Source: Desulfurococcaceae archaeon
GTDB lineage: Archaea > Thermoproteota > Thermoprotei_A > Sulfolobales > Desulfurococcaceae
Assembly: GCA_038888155.1 (NCBI GenBank)
Contig: JAWAJB010000002.1
Location: 242,331 to 306,330 of the forward strand
Direction: 5' to 3'
Length of the DNA stretch: 64,000 bases
A program made the translations under genes and the position numbers. The notes under the pieces were generated by a model. That model was not told the origin of the DNA. It did not search any database and saw only the letters and a program-made list of their open reading frames with translations. Position 1 is the stretch's first letter, and every line of letters starts with the position of its first letter. Shown here in pieces: positions 29,968-40,439 of this stretch.

Positions 29968-30378
29968 GTGGAGAACTTATTAGCGCTATCATATGCAATA
30001 ATGCTGGCGGCGTTTATAATCAACGTAGGAATTGCGCTTTACGGCGTTTTTATAAAACCTTCGGTACTAAAGAAAATCATGGCCATTATAATTTTTTCTG
30101 ATTCCATCAATATCCTAGCTATAGCCCTAGGTTTCAGAGTGACTCTAAATGCATATCCGTCTCCGCCTATACTAACAAAAATTCCCGAGAGCCCCGATGA
30201 GATCTCGAAGTTTGTTAGCGTTAGCGTTGATCCTCTACCCCAGGCATTTGTAATCACGGCTGTTGTCATAGGACTCTCGATTGTAATGTTGTTGTTAAGT
30301 TTAGCTATTAGATATTATGAACAATACAAATCCATATATTTGATAACAGAGCCTGAGAAAGATGAGGAAATTATATAG
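29968..30378 (+). CDS. mrpC: Mrp/Mnh subunit C
   Basis: KKIMA, DPLPQAFVITAVVIG. Confidence 0.9.
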   Translation: MENLLALSYAIMLAAFIINVGIALYGVFIKPSVLKKIMAIIIFSDSINILAIALGFRVTLNAYPSPPILTKIPESPDEISKFVSVSVDPLPQAFVITAVVIGLSIVMLLLSLAIRYYEQYKSIYLITEPEKDEEII

Positions 30379-30865
30379 CACGATAACAACGCTTACCCTG
30401 CTTCTACTCGTATACATTATCTACACGGGAAGAGTGGGCGCTCTAACCCTTGTTTCTGCACTAGCAGTTTCAAGTTTGATAACGCTTTATATTAATAAAC
30501 ATTTACAGTTTAAGGGACTCCCTTCAATCAACTTGAGAATTCTAATTGACAGCACAAAGTTTCTCTACTTATTTATAATTACAGAGTTTAAAGAACATAT
30601 TGAGCTATCAAAGATAATATTAAGTCGGGAAATCAAGTTGAACCCAGGTTTAATAGACATACCTATAGAGTTGTCCTCTGAAACGGGCTCTTCATTGGTA
30701 GCATTAACTATAACCAATACACCTGGAACGATTGCCGTAGATGTTGATCTAGAGAGAAAAATGATGACTGTCCATTGGATAAACATAAAGACAACCGATG
30801 TGTTGAAAGCTAAGCAAATAATACTTGGTGAATTTGAGCTGCTGGCTAGAGCAATGTTTGGGTAG
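30362..30865 (+). CDS. mrpE: Mrp/Mnh subunit E
   Basis: LNPGLI, ITNTPGT, VHWI. Confidence 0.88.
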   Translation: MRKLYSTITTLTLLLLVYIIYTGRVGALTLVSALAVSSLITLYINKHLQFKGLPSINLRILIDSTKFLYLFIITEFKEHIELSKIILSREIKLNPGLIDIPIELSSETGSSLVALTITNTPGTIAVDVDLERKMMTVHWINIKTTDVLKAKQIILGEFELLARAMFG

Positions 30866-30870
30866 AAAAT

Positions 30871-32424
30871 ATGCACTTGCTCGAGCTTGGATTAATGCCA
30901 TTAATAGCGTTGATAGCATCCCTTACAATACCCCTACTCTATAAAATTACGAAGAAACGGAGTTTAACAGACTATGTGGCCATCGCATTTTCAACCATCA
31001 TATTTATGTTTGCAATCAAAATACACTACACAGTTAGCCGCGAAGGGGTTGTAATATACAAGTTCGGCGGATTCCCTCCTCCGCTAGGAGTTTTTTATGT
31101 GGTTGACGGAGTTAGCTCAATTTTAGCCCTTGTTGCATGCTTCACACTTTTCATCGCAATACCTTACTCAACCTGGATTTATAGGAGAGACGATAAGCAC
31201 GTCCTGTACTCTTTACTGTTTATACTTACTATGGGAGTTACGGGATGTCTTTACACAGGAGATCTATTTAATTTTTATGTTTCAATAGAACTGGTTGCCG
31301 TTACATGCTACGCTTTAACCGCATTATACAGCGATCATAAGAGGGCAGTGAGAGCGGCTTTTATTTACGGCGTTTTTGGCACAGTGATGACCTCTACTTA
31401 TTTCCTCTCTGTTATGATGATTTACGGATCCTACGGAACTCTAAATGTAGTTGATATCATGGTTAAGGTCAACAATCCTGGTGCTATCACACCATTCTCG
31501 GGAGAAATCTACGCAGATCCAATGATTACTTCGAAGATAGCTATTGTCCTTATAACCTGGGTTTTGATCTTTAAATCTGGAATTATACCTAATCACTTCT
31601 GGCTTCCCGAAGTTTACAGGTCTGCTACGTTGCCAGCTGTATTATTCTTCACTGCATCTGCAGATCTCCTAGGTATTTATGGCTTAACTAGGCTTTACTT
31701 TACGGTGTTCACAGGCGACAGCATTATTGCTGAGTTTAGATCGCTTATGATCTCAATCTTAGTTATCATAAGTAGCTTTTCCGCAATCGTGGCATCAACA
31801 ATAGTAATGCGTCAGAAGACAATCCGCGGGCTTGTGGCATACAGTTCTATTGTGCAATTCAGTTTAGCACTTCTTGGTATAACGAGCGAAACAGTTGAGG
31901 GCATCTCGGGGGGCATTCTTCATTTAGTAGTCAATGCTCTTGGTGATACTCTAGTTTTAATTAGCGCAGGGTCTATTATACACAGCCCAACAATATTAAG
32001 AGAGAAGACAGGACAGATGTTGGTCTACATATGCACGATCGTAGGCCTCTTGAACTTATTCGGTGTTATCCCAATACTTCCAGGCTTTTGGAGCAAGGCA
32101 TTTCTAACTTTAGGTTTCGTGAAGGCAGACATGACATTTGGAGCGGCAACGGTGCTTATATCTTCAGGTCTCTGTGCAATAGGCTACTTTAAAATCATAA
32201 TTGCATTAGTAAGCATGAAACCGTTGGAAGAGTCTGAGAATGTAACAAGGGAGGCTAAAAACGCAATACCTAAGGTATTGATGACAATCGTATTAGCTCT
32301 TGTAATTGCTTTCGGTTTATCAATTTTAATGATTGGCCAAGTGCGGAGCTATTTACTTGGGATCGGCACCCGTGCGCTTGACAGAAGTAGGCTTATAAAC
32401 TTTCTATACTCTAATACTAATTGA
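30871..32424 (+). CDS. mrpD: Proton-translocating antiporter-like subunit (MrpD/MbhH type)
   Basis: GGFPPPLG, TGDLFNFYVSIE, YGTLN, KSGIIPNHFWLP, AYSS, GFWSK. Confidence 0.88.
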   Translation: MHLLELGLMPLIALIASLTIPLLYKITKKRSLTDYVAIAFSTIIFMFAIKIHYTVSREGVVIYKFGGFPPPLGVFYVVDGVSSILALVACFTLFIAIPYSTWIYRRDDKHVLYSLLFILTMGVTGCLYTGDLFNFYVSIELVAVTCYALTALYSDHKRAVRAAFIYGVFGTVMTSTYFLSVMMIYGSYGTLNVVDIMVKVNNPGAITPFSGEIYADPMITSKIAIVLITWVLIFKSGIIPNHFWLPEVYRSATLPAVLFFTASADLLGIYGLTRLYFTVFTGDSIIAEFRSLMISILVIISSFSAIVASTIVMRQKTIRGLVAYSSIVQFSLALLGITSETVEGISGGILHLVVNALGDTLVLISAGSIIHSPTILREKTGQMLVYICTIVGLLNLFGVIPILPGFWSKAFLTLGFVKADMTFGAATVLISSGLCAIGYFKIIIALVSMKPLEESENVTREAKNAIPKVLMTIVLALVIAFGLSILMIGQVRSYLLGIGTRALDRSRLINFLYSNTN

Positions 32425-32482
32425 AACTATTAAGTAGCGCTAGGCTTCATGATGAACAGTAGTCCAGGAGAGGTACAAAAAA

Positions 32483-33952
32483 ATGGAGATCTACTTCTTC
32501 AAAATGATACCGCTGGCTATACTACTAATGGGCCATATTCCTAAAGTAAGAGGTAATTCGACTGGTAGCATCCTCAGAGTTATTGGCTATTCTCTATTAA
32601 TGTTTAACATAACTTTCACAAATCCTGTTTCGGATGCGCTGCTATTAGCATCGATTGTTATAGGTGTGGTTATCACACTTTACACAATGCACTATTCGCG
32701 CTTGAAATACAATAAGTTAAACCTGCTCCTCGTAGTCGACCTGTTTACAATATCTATGATATTTGTGTTTACGTCAAAGTATCTGTTGGAATTTATAACC
32801 TTCTGGCTATTAACCGAGCTTCTCGGTTTCTTCTTGATTGCTTACGACTACATAACAGCCGGAGAGAGGTTATCAATTTATGCAGCTGTTAAGTATCTAT
32901 TATTCTCGATGATCCCTACAGATATCTCCCTCTTTATCTTACTTGCCTTAACTGGTTTCAGTGAGGCCTTTGACACAGAGCTTTTGCTAATTAACCCAAT
33001 GCTGACCAGTCCATTAATCTCTTTCATAGTTGTTTTAGGATTCTTCTCGAAGGCTGCCGTATTTCCACTTCATTTCTGGTTACCAGACGCTCACTCTGTA
33101 GCCCCTTCGCCCGCATCTGCTCTTTTATCGGGGATAATGGTTAAAATGGGTATTTATGGTCTTTACTTGTTGACAAATTACAATATAAACAAAGATCTCG
33201 TCGTACTAACAATGTTGGTTTTCGGCGGGTTCACAGTTGTATACGGGGCTCTACAAGCAATAGTTCAAAAAGATATCAAAAGAATTCTAGCATATAGCAC
33301 CACCTCTAACACTGCCCTCATAACACTTGTATTAGCTCTGTACATGCTCTCCAGCGATCGGGTCTTCCTAGAGGCGGCAATTCTGTATACCCTTATACAC
33401 GCTCTCTATAAGTCCGCTCTATTCTTAGATTCGGGTTTTGTTGAGGTACTAACACATCATAGAGATGTAAACGAGCTAGGTTATATTTCAAAGATCTATC
33501 CGATGGAGACAACTGCTATAATTATTTCGATATTGGTCATATTAGGGTTGCCCCCCTCAATAGGGTTTTTAGCCAAGGTCTTTCTATTTAGCTCGATATC
33601 CAAATATCTCGGCGATTCCTCGATTTACCTGGTAGCCCTCCTAATTGTATCCAGTAAGGTGTTTCTGTCTATTATCTACAATGTAGGCTACTTGAGAGCT
33701 CACATTGGCGGAGAAATAAAGGATTACATGAAGCTAAATCTAGGCGCATCAACTCTACAGCCCTATGTTCTAGCATTGGTCTCGATGACTTTTGTAACGA
33801 CCTTCATTATTATGTTATTTGACTATTCAGGACTTACTGAATTCACAATGCTGAGAAAGTTAACTCCTCCGTTAATAACTTCGTTCGTTCTACTAGTATT
33901 CGCAGGTCTGTTCATATTTAGAGTCCTTATGCCTACCGAAACAAGAGGGTAG
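32483..33952 (+). CDS. Second proton-translocating antiporter-like subunit (MbxH'/HyfB/MrpA-core-like)
   Basis: KAAVFPLHFWLPDAHSVAPSPASALLSGIMVKMG, KRILAYST, HALYKSALF, PPSIGFLAK. Confidence 0.88.
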   Translation: MEIYFFKMIPLAILLMGHIPKVRGNSTGSILRVIGYSLLMFNITFTNPVSDALLLASIVIGVVITLYTMHYSRLKYNKLNLLLVVDLFTISMIFVFTSKYLLEFITFWLLTELLGFFLIAYDYITAGERLSIYAAVKYLLFSMIPTDISLFILLALTGFSEAFDTELLLINPMLTSPLISFIVVLGFFSKAAVFPLHFWLPDAHSVAPSPASALLSGIMVKMGIYGLYLLTNYNINKDLVVLTMLVFGGFTVVYGALQAIVQKDIKRILAYSTTSNTALITLVLALYMLSSDRVFLEAAILYTLIHALYKSALFLDSGFVEVLTHHRDVNELGYISKIYPMETTAIIISILVILGLPPSIGFLAKVFLFSSISKYLGDSSIYLVALLIVSSKVFLSIIYNVGYLRAHIGGEIKDYMKLNLGASTLQPYVLALVSMTFVTTFIIMLFDYSGLTEFTMLRKLTPPLITSFVLLVFAGLFIFRVLMPTETRG

Positions 33953-33959
33953 TAGATCA

Positions 33960-35000
33960 ATGGCTCGTTTCATAAAAACGTCAGAAAATGTGCAATATGA
34001 AGCCATGTTAATCTTAAACTCGTTCATGATATTTATCCTTGTCACTGTAGGGATCCTGCTTGGGGGTCATATTTTCATTGAGTCTGGCTTCAAGCTGTTC
34101 ATTGTTCATATATTTATAGTAATTTTGGCTGAAAAATTAAAAAGCGTCTATTTGAACTCCCTTCTAGTGCTGGTGTCCCTACTATCTTTTTATTCTATTG
34201 AATTTTTCGAGAAAATTGCCTTGCCCTTTTACGCACTATCTTGCTTGCTGGTTTCATTATTAACAGATGTCTCTAGGGTTGGAAAAATTGCTACATTCAT
34301 TTGGTTTTACATATTGACGGCAGTTGTCTTACCCCTGGAATTAGATACCACGGCGAAGTTTACCACATTTGTTGGCATTTTATTGTTAATAATATTAGCT
34401 AAATCGACGACAAGAATAAAGCTAAGATTGCCTAGAGAGAGCATGAATAGAAAGATTTTCCCTCTCCAAAGAAAGGTACTAGCGCAAACTTTAGTAAGAA
34501 TCAATAGGAATAAAACGGTAAGCAGGTGTGCACAAGGTCGTCAAGATTTTTACGAGGGTCAAACACAAACATTATCGGAAATGGTTAAATATATTCGTGA
34601 AAAAACTAACAAAACTTCTCTTTTCTTCAATGTGGCTCTGCGGAACATTACGAATTTTCTCAAAGAAAAGCCTACAATTGCTTATTTAGATGCTGATGTT
34701 GAAAAATTATTGACAAAGGCAGGTAATTCGCTCGTCAATCACGTATCTCGTTTTGAATTTTACGTCAATATTTTCTCTGGAAAAACACTGATCTATATAA
34801 TAGGGTTATCTTCAAAGTTACTTACAATTGAAGATAAATTCAGCAATAGGTTACAAAGGGCCTCGGTTCGAGTTGAAGGGCTTCAACACAACGTAGACCA
34901 AGCGCTAGTTTACCTGCTTTTCCTTTTGAGTGTTATACTGATGATAACGTTAATATTTTATGTCATATACACCGCGCAAATTATAGGCAATCACTGTTAA
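33960..35000 (+). CDS. Membrane protein, last gene of the Mrp-like operon (N-terminal TMs, basic soluble segment, C-terminal TM)
   Basis: 7 nt after the preceding stop; about 5-6 hydrophobic segments, long amphipathic stretch, final TM after EGLQH. Confidence 0.65.
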   Translation: MARFIKTSENVQYEAMLILNSFMIFILVTVGILLGGHIFIESGFKLFIVHIFIVILAEKLKSVYLNSLLVLVSLLSFYSIEFFEKIALPFYALSCLLVSLLTDVSRVGKIATFIWFYILTAVVLPLELDTTAKFTTFVGILLLIILAKSTTRIKLRLPRESMNRKIFPLQRKVLAQTLVRINRNKTVSRCAQGRQDFYEGQTQTLSEMVKYIREKTNKTSLFFNVALRNITNFLKEKPTIAYLDADVEKLLTKAGNSLVNHVSRFEFYVNIFSGKTLIYIIGLSSKLLTIEDKFSNRLQRASVRVEGLQHNVDQALVYLLFLLSVILMITLIFYVIYTAQIIGNHC

Positions 35001-35002
35001 CG

Positions 35003-35050
35003 CCTAAATACCTAAATACCTAAACCTTATACGATGCATTATACGATGCA
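35003..35050. repeat. Two adjacent short tandem repeats
   Basis: CCTAAATA x2.75 (35003-35024), then TTATACGATGCA x2 (35027-35050). Confidence 0.85.
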
Positions 35051-35244
35051 CTAGTTGTTTAACTGAACGATCACGACAACTTCTAGCTACTGCGAGACAC
35101 TAAAACATTTGATGGACCGATGTAAAGTGTAAAATACTTTAGCCTTGGTTAGGAATTGTTGTTTTATCGAATTGAATTAAATTAAAAAACAATAAAAAGC
35201 TTAAATACTATCTCCCTGAGAATAATTTGTGTGGTGACATAGCA

Positions 35245-36591
35245 GTGACGTCTCAAACTCAGACAAAAACAGGTCTAAAACGTGAAGTGAAGTGGTATGT
35301 ACCAGTAAGTCTAGTTGTAGGCACGCTAGGCTCTACAGGCATTTTCGGACTTATCCCAGCGACATATGAAATGGCTGGACCGGGAGCAGCGTTAGTTTGG
35401 GTTATAACTCTTCTATGGGGTTTCGTAATTGCAATGCTGTTAGCGTACAACTTTACGATATGGCCTGATAAAACAGGGGCTGAATATGCTCCAGTGAGAA
35501 TAGCGCTGGGGAAAGTAGCGGGAGTTATCGCTGGCTGGGGGTTCTTTATATCATGGGGAACTTCAGGTGCAGTCGCTGGCTTAATTTTAGCGAGATACGT
35601 GTTTGGGGCAGGTGCTCCGCCAATACATTCACAATTATTTACATTTGCACTGCTAACAATATTCTTTGCGCTCAACATGTTCGGAATAAAAATAGCAGGC
35701 CTTGCCCAAACTGCCCTGGCAGTGCTCAAGGTAGTCCCATTAGTTATCGTGGGGTTAGCTGCTCTGCCTTTAATAAACCCTGCAAACTTCTCTCCTTTGT
35801 GGATTCCTGGAATAGAGGGTGTCAATGTATCTGATCCTATTGGAGTTTTCAATTTATTCATGGCAACAGCTTTAATTGCAACCTGGTCTACTTATGCAAC
35901 GGATATATTCGCCTCCATTGCCTCCGAAGTGGTTGACCCTCAGAAAAGTATCCCCCGCGCAGGCGCAGTGGCCTCAATTACGTCATTAGTTTACATAGCT
36001 TTAATAGCCTTCGGCGCAGTAGGTGTAGTCGGAGAAGGCTTAGCGCAATTGCCGAGACCACTCTTCATTTTGGGCGAAAGGGCTCTGGGTTCAGCTGGTA
36101 CAATGCTCCTGTGGATAGCTTTGTTCTTCGGTGCTCTAGGAGTAGTAAATACAGCACTGCTCAGCGGAGCGCGAATCCTCTATCAAATGGCTGTCGAAGG
36201 AGATCTTCCCTCAATTTTTGCTAGAGTAAATAAGTACAATATACCATGGATCAATTTAACAATAATCTACATAATTAACGTGCTTATGCTGTTTTACACT
36301 CCGCTATACGTTATTCTAGTTGCCATTGTTCAGGTTCCATGGATGATTACTTGGTTCTTGATAGGTCTAGCCAATATTAAAATAAGGATGACGCCAAAAT
36401 GGCATCAGACCGCTGCGTTCAAGGCACCATGGTGGCTTATAATACTAGGCTTCATAGTAAGCGTGTTGAGCCTATACTTCATTTACTCCTATGGAGTTCT
36501 CTACGGATGGTCTGATATCCAGCTAGGTTTTGGCTTCGTTGTATTCGTGTTGATAATATTGGGAATAAATGAACTAACTAAACGAAAATAA
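35245..36591 (+). CDS. APC family amino acid permease
   Basis: LKRE, GSTGIF, EVVDPQKSIPRA, ARILYQMAVEGDLP; about 12 TM; GTG 35245 after GGTGA. Confidence 0.88.
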   Translation: MTSQTQTKTGLKREVKWYVPVSLVVGTLGSTGIFGLIPATYEMAGPGAALVWVITLLWGFVIAMLLAYNFTIWPDKTGAEYAPVRIALGKVAGVIAGWGFFISWGTSGAVAGLILARYVFGAGAPPIHSQLFTFALLTIFFALNMFGIKIAGLAQTALAVLKVVPLVIVGLAALPLINPANFSPLWIPGIEGVNVSDPIGVFNLFMATALIATWSTYATDIFASIASEVVDPQKSIPRAGAVASITSLVYIALIAFGAVGVVGEGLAQLPRPLFILGERALGSAGTMLLWIALFFGALGVVNTALLSGARILYQMAVEGDLPSIFARVNKYNIPWINLTIIYIINVLMLFYTPLYVILVAIVQVPWMITWFLIGLANIKIRMTPKWHQTAAFKAPWWLIILGFIVSVLSLYFIYSYGVLYGWSDIQLGFGFVVFVLIILGINELTKRK

Positions 36592-36763
36592 TTTTTTGAT
36601 TGATCCCACTTTAGCCACCGGGGATAAATGTCTCTCGAACTATTTTCAAAGCACTTCTTTCTTTGAGCTCGTAAATTTTTGGGACAAGTCGCATATTTTT
36701 CTTATTTCCTTCTATTTCAAATGTTTTTATTTCCCTGTGCCATCTAGTACTGGGGTGATTGCG

Positions 36764-38686
36764 TTGGTTGTCAAGAAATTGCAACCTACCGACTTTGAGT
36801 ACTTCACGTCCTTATCACAAGTTTCGTTGGATCTTACCAATAGATTTGTTGCAGTTACCGCTGTAAAACCGCTTTTGTCTGCCAATGAGTATAAGAGCTG
36901 GATAGAGATCTATGACTTGACTTCTGGTGTTAAAGTTTATGTAAGTGGAGGAACGCGGGATTTTCTTCCCCGTTGGTCTCCAGACGGTAGACTTTTTTAC
37001 TTGAGAGTTGCCAGCGACGGCAAACTGAGTATTGTTGAGAGTATCCCAGGCAATGGATCAAGAGAGATAATAACTTTGGACAAGCCCCTTAGGGATTATA
37101 AGGTGTGCAAAGACGACACCGTGTACGCAATTGTTCAAGACTTTAAGGAGCCATCAGATCTCGAAGTCGTTTACACTAAGGATTTGCCTATATGGTACGA
37201 TGGAGCTGGATTCACGCATAATGTTGTCTCAAGGCTTTATAAAATTGACTTGAGATCAGGGCAAATGGAGGCAATGACAGGGACAGAGTATAATATCACT
37301 CACTTATCCCTTAGCAAAAACTGCGACACAGGTGTCGTAAGCATCGCGGAAGATAAGTTAAACCCGTTAGTATCAAAGTTATACGTTTTTAAGCCGCCAA
37401 GTAACGAGTTAGTGCCTATCTTGGATGGAAAGGGGTATTACATAGAAGGAATGGATGTCGAGAAAGATTTACTGGCATTCTCAGGTCATAAAATGGAACG
37501 AGGCATTACCTCGCACAATAGACTCATACTAGTAGATCTTGTGAAAAACAAAGAGGTCCTTTATGAAGCCCCGCTTGGAAAAAGCGTTGGCGGAAGGATA
37601 TACATAGACGTAATTGGGCCTGTAATTAGCTTACCTAGCTTAAAGATACGTGACGGCAGGGTTTACATTGCAACGAGCGATCGTGGGAGAATTCCCCTGT
37701 ACATGTGGGATGGCGTATCCTATAGAGAACTTATAGGCGGTAACTTCGTTATCTTAGATTTCGATATTGGCAACGACTTTGTTGTATTTACGAGATCTGA
37801 CGATATCTCTCCAGTTGAACTTTATATCTATAGTTTGATCGATGGAAGCATCAAGAAATTGTCTAACTACAATGACTGGCTAAGTGAATATAAACTGTCA
37901 AAGCCAAAGCACTTCACCTATACTGCAAGCGATGGTGCCTCTATAGATGGTTGGATTATGGAACCTGTAGAGAAGATGCTAGAGTCTGGTGGAAAGTCTC
38001 CCGCAGTTCTTGAAATACACGGAGGACCTAAAAACATGTTTGGATACGCATTCATGTTCGAATACCAATTACTTGCAGCCAACGGCTTCTACGTAATTTA
38101 TTTTAACCCGCGAGGCAGTGACGGGTACTCCGAGGAGTTCGCAGATATAAGATTCAAGTACGGCGAGAGAGATTACCGGGATATAATAGAGGGCCTAGAT
38201 TACGTCTTGGAGGTGGAAAATAAAATAGATCCCAACAGGCTTGGAGTAGCTGGGATAAGCTACGGGGGATACATGACAAACTGGATCATAACCCACTCCG
38301 ATAAATTCAAGACAGCAATATCAGAGGATGGAATTTCATTGTGGGTTGGAGAATACGGGGTTGCCGATATAGGATACCTTTTCGTCCCTGACCAAATAGG
38401 AGATCCGTTTAATAGCCCAGATCTACTGGCGGCTAAGTCTCCCTTGAGCTATGTAAAAAACATTAAAACACCAGTCCTCTTTATTCATGGACTCAGCGAT
38501 TATAGATGCTACTTAGAACAAGCGCTAGTTATGTATACAGCGTTGAGACATTTGGGCAGGGAGTGCGCTATTGCTCTATTTAGAGATGGCTCTCATGCCT
38601 TCAGCATGGTTGGAAAACCAAAATTGAGGCTTAAGAGATATCAAGTCATATTAAATTGGCTTGAAAAGTATTTGAAGAAAAACTAA
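36764..38686 (+). CDS. S9 family acylaminoacyl/prolyl oligopeptidase
   Basis: PRWSPDG propeller, IHGGP, NPRGSDGY, GISYGG nucleophile, HGLSD, GSH; TTG 36764 after GGGGTGA. Confidence 0.92.
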   Translation: MVVKKLQPTDFEYFTSLSQVSLDLTNRFVAVTAVKPLLSANEYKSWIEIYDLTSGVKVYVSGGTRDFLPRWSPDGRLFYLRVASDGKLSIVESIPGNGSREIITLDKPLRDYKVCKDDTVYAIVQDFKEPSDLEVVYTKDLPIWYDGAGFTHNVVSRLYKIDLRSGQMEAMTGTEYNITHLSLSKNCDTGVVSIAEDKLNPLVSKLYVFKPPSNELVPILDGKGYYIEGMDVEKDLLAFSGHKMERGITSHNRLILVDLVKNKEVLYEAPLGKSVGGRIYIDVIGPVISLPSLKIRDGRVYIATSDRGRIPLYMWDGVSYRELIGGNFVILDFDIGNDFVVFTRSDDISPVELYIYSLIDGSIKKLSNYNDWLSEYKLSKPKHFTYTASDGASIDGWIMEPVEKMLESGGKSPAVLEIHGGPKNMFGYAFMFEYQLLAANGFYVIYFNPRGSDGYSEEFADIRFKYGERDYRDIIEGLDYVLEVENKIDPNRLGVAGISYGGYMTNWIITHSDKFKTAISEDGISLWVGEYGVADIGYLFVPDQIGDPFNSPDLLAAKSPLSYVKNIKTPVLFIHGLSDYRCYLEQALVMYTALRHLGRECAIALFRDGSHAFSMVGKPKLRLKRYQVILNWLEKYLKKN

Positions 38687-38765
38687 TCTCTCATTGGAGT
38701 TTTCAAGAGACTCGATGAATGATTGCATAAAAAATAAAAAGCTAATTTTTAGGTTATTAAGCCCC

Positions 38766-40439
38766 CTACTTCTTGGTTATTAGTTCAAATAAAATTACTC
38801 CGCCTTCATACCTATTAATAGTTATACCTGTGTACTCAGAACGCCAAGCTAGCGCGCTCACTGGTTGATATAGAGGTATCCAAGGTGCATTGTCTATTAA
38901 TATTTTTGTAGCCCCATCAATATATGTCTGCCTTTTACTTGGATCAACTGTTGTTGCAATTTGTAATAGTAGGTTATCTAGTTCAGGACTTGAGAACTTG
39001 GTCCATCGCACAAAACTAGAATGGAAGAGCATCATTAGTATTGTCGGATCTTCGAATCCCCATGCAAAGAAGGATATATAGAAATCGCCCATGGCTATCT
39101 TAGGTATAGCTGGTGCCTGCTCTAAAGTCTCTATGTTCAGTTTTATTCCTGCCCGACTTAATACACCAGTTATGTATTCAGCTTCTTCAGTACTTACAAC
39201 GCCCATGGGGAATAATAGGGGAAACTCGAACTTTGTACCATTGATATATTCTAATATTCCATCACCATCGCGGTCCTCCCATCCCGCCTCTTTTAATAGT
39301 TCTTGCGCTTTCGATATTCTTTGAGAAAGTGGTAGGTTGTAGTAGCTTTGTTCTTTCGCGTACTGTTCAAGCGCTGGGTTATAACCGATCATTGTCGTGT
39401 GAAGAGGTCCCCATATGGGGATTACTAAATTGTGTAGAATATTGCTTATATCTCCTCTTGTATCGGTGCCTCCCAATATTATTGAAATTGCCCGCCGAAC
39501 CTTTACATCACTAAATGGCCACTTTTCGCAGTTAAATATCATCTGAACGTGTCCACTAGATGGATACGTAACAACGACAATGTCTGTGTTATTTCTTGCA
39601 ACTAGCTGAGAGAATAGCTCTTGCGGGACAGGTATCAAGTCTACATCGCCAGCTAGTAATGCTGATACAAGTGCTGCAGGATCTCTAATAAATTTCAGCA
39701 TGATCCTCTTAATGGGTACTGGGCCTTCTCCTCCAATATCAGGCCTTCTTAAATAGTATTGGTTTCGCTCGTAGATTATATAATCGCCGGCTCTCCACTC
39801 AACGACGTAGAAAGGTCCTGTACTCAACGCTTTTCTACCAAAATTTGCGTCTCCAACTATATTAATATATGAAGGACTTAGTGGAGTAAAGAAATCCCAA
39901 GTTAGTGAGAGTAAGACTGGACCATACGGCATAGTAAACACTAGCTTAGCCGTGAGCTCATCAACTACTTCAACTCTTTCAAGTTGTCCGAATACACCTA
40001 GTACAGGAGCTCTTTTGCTTAGTAATCTCTCATATGTATACTTAATAGCAGTGGAGTTGACCGGCGTCCCATCAGCAAATTTTAAATTAGGTTTAAGCTT
40101 GATATACACTACTTTTCCTTCTTCCTCGAACCACACCGCATCGGCAAGGTAATTAATGAGACTTCCATTGCGCCAATCGCGAGCAAGATAAGTTCCATGC
40201 AGGACAAGATAACCAGGCAGGTGAATGCCAGCGGCAACGTGAGGATCGAGAGTGTCAGGCTCGACGTTATAGCCGATTCTAAATAGTTCTATTTCTTTCG
40301 GCGTTGGGGTAGTTGTTGGGCTTGTAGTAGGCGTAGATGGCTGGAGTGGAGGTAATAACGCAGTCGAAGCTATTATGGCTATAATAACAACCACTACTAA
40401 TATTATTCCAAAATATAATGTTTTCGAGATCCCCCTCAT
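38766..40439 (-). CDS. ABC oligopeptide-binding protein (family 5, OppA/DppA)
   Basis: N-terminal TM + Thr/Pro linker, EPDTLDP, FADGTP, STGPF, PFSDVKVRRAI, AGWEDRDGDGI. Confidence 0.9.
   Translation of the reverse strand: MRGISKTLYFGIILVVVVIIAIIASTALLPPLQPSTPTTSPTTTPTPKEIELFRIGYNVEPDTLDPHVAAGIHLPGYLVLHGTYLARDWRNGSLINYLADAVWFEEEGKVVYIKLKPNLKFADGTPVNSTAIKYTYERLLSKRAPVLGVFGQLERVEVVDELTAKLVFTMPYGPVLLSLTWDFFTPLSPSYINIVGDANFGRKALSTGPFYVVEWRAGDYIIYERNQYYLRRPDIGGEGPVPIKRIMLKFIRDPAALVSALLAGDVDLIPVPQELFSQLVARNNTDIVVVTYPSSGHVQMIFNCEKWPFSDVKVRRAISIILGGTDTRGDISNILHNLVIPIWGPLHTTMIGYNPALEQYAKEQSYYNLPLSQRISKAQELLKEAGWEDRDGDGILEYINGTKFEFPLLFPMGVVSTEEAEYITGVLSRAGIKLNIETLEQAPAIPKIAMGDFYISFFAWGFEDPTILMMLFHSSFVRWTKFSSPELDNLLLQIATTVDPSKRQTYIDGATKILIDNAPWIPLYQPVSALAWRSEYTGITINRYEGGVILFELITKK

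Noticed and set aside
28292-35000. Membrane-bound hydrogenase (Mbh) or sulfane reductase (Mbs) operon
   Set aside because: No NiFe/NuoBCDI/NuoH-type subunits in or next to the operon
36596-36763. N-terminal 56 aa of the S9 peptidase ORF
   Set aside because: T-rich intergenic sequence; strong GGGGTGA site before TTG 36764
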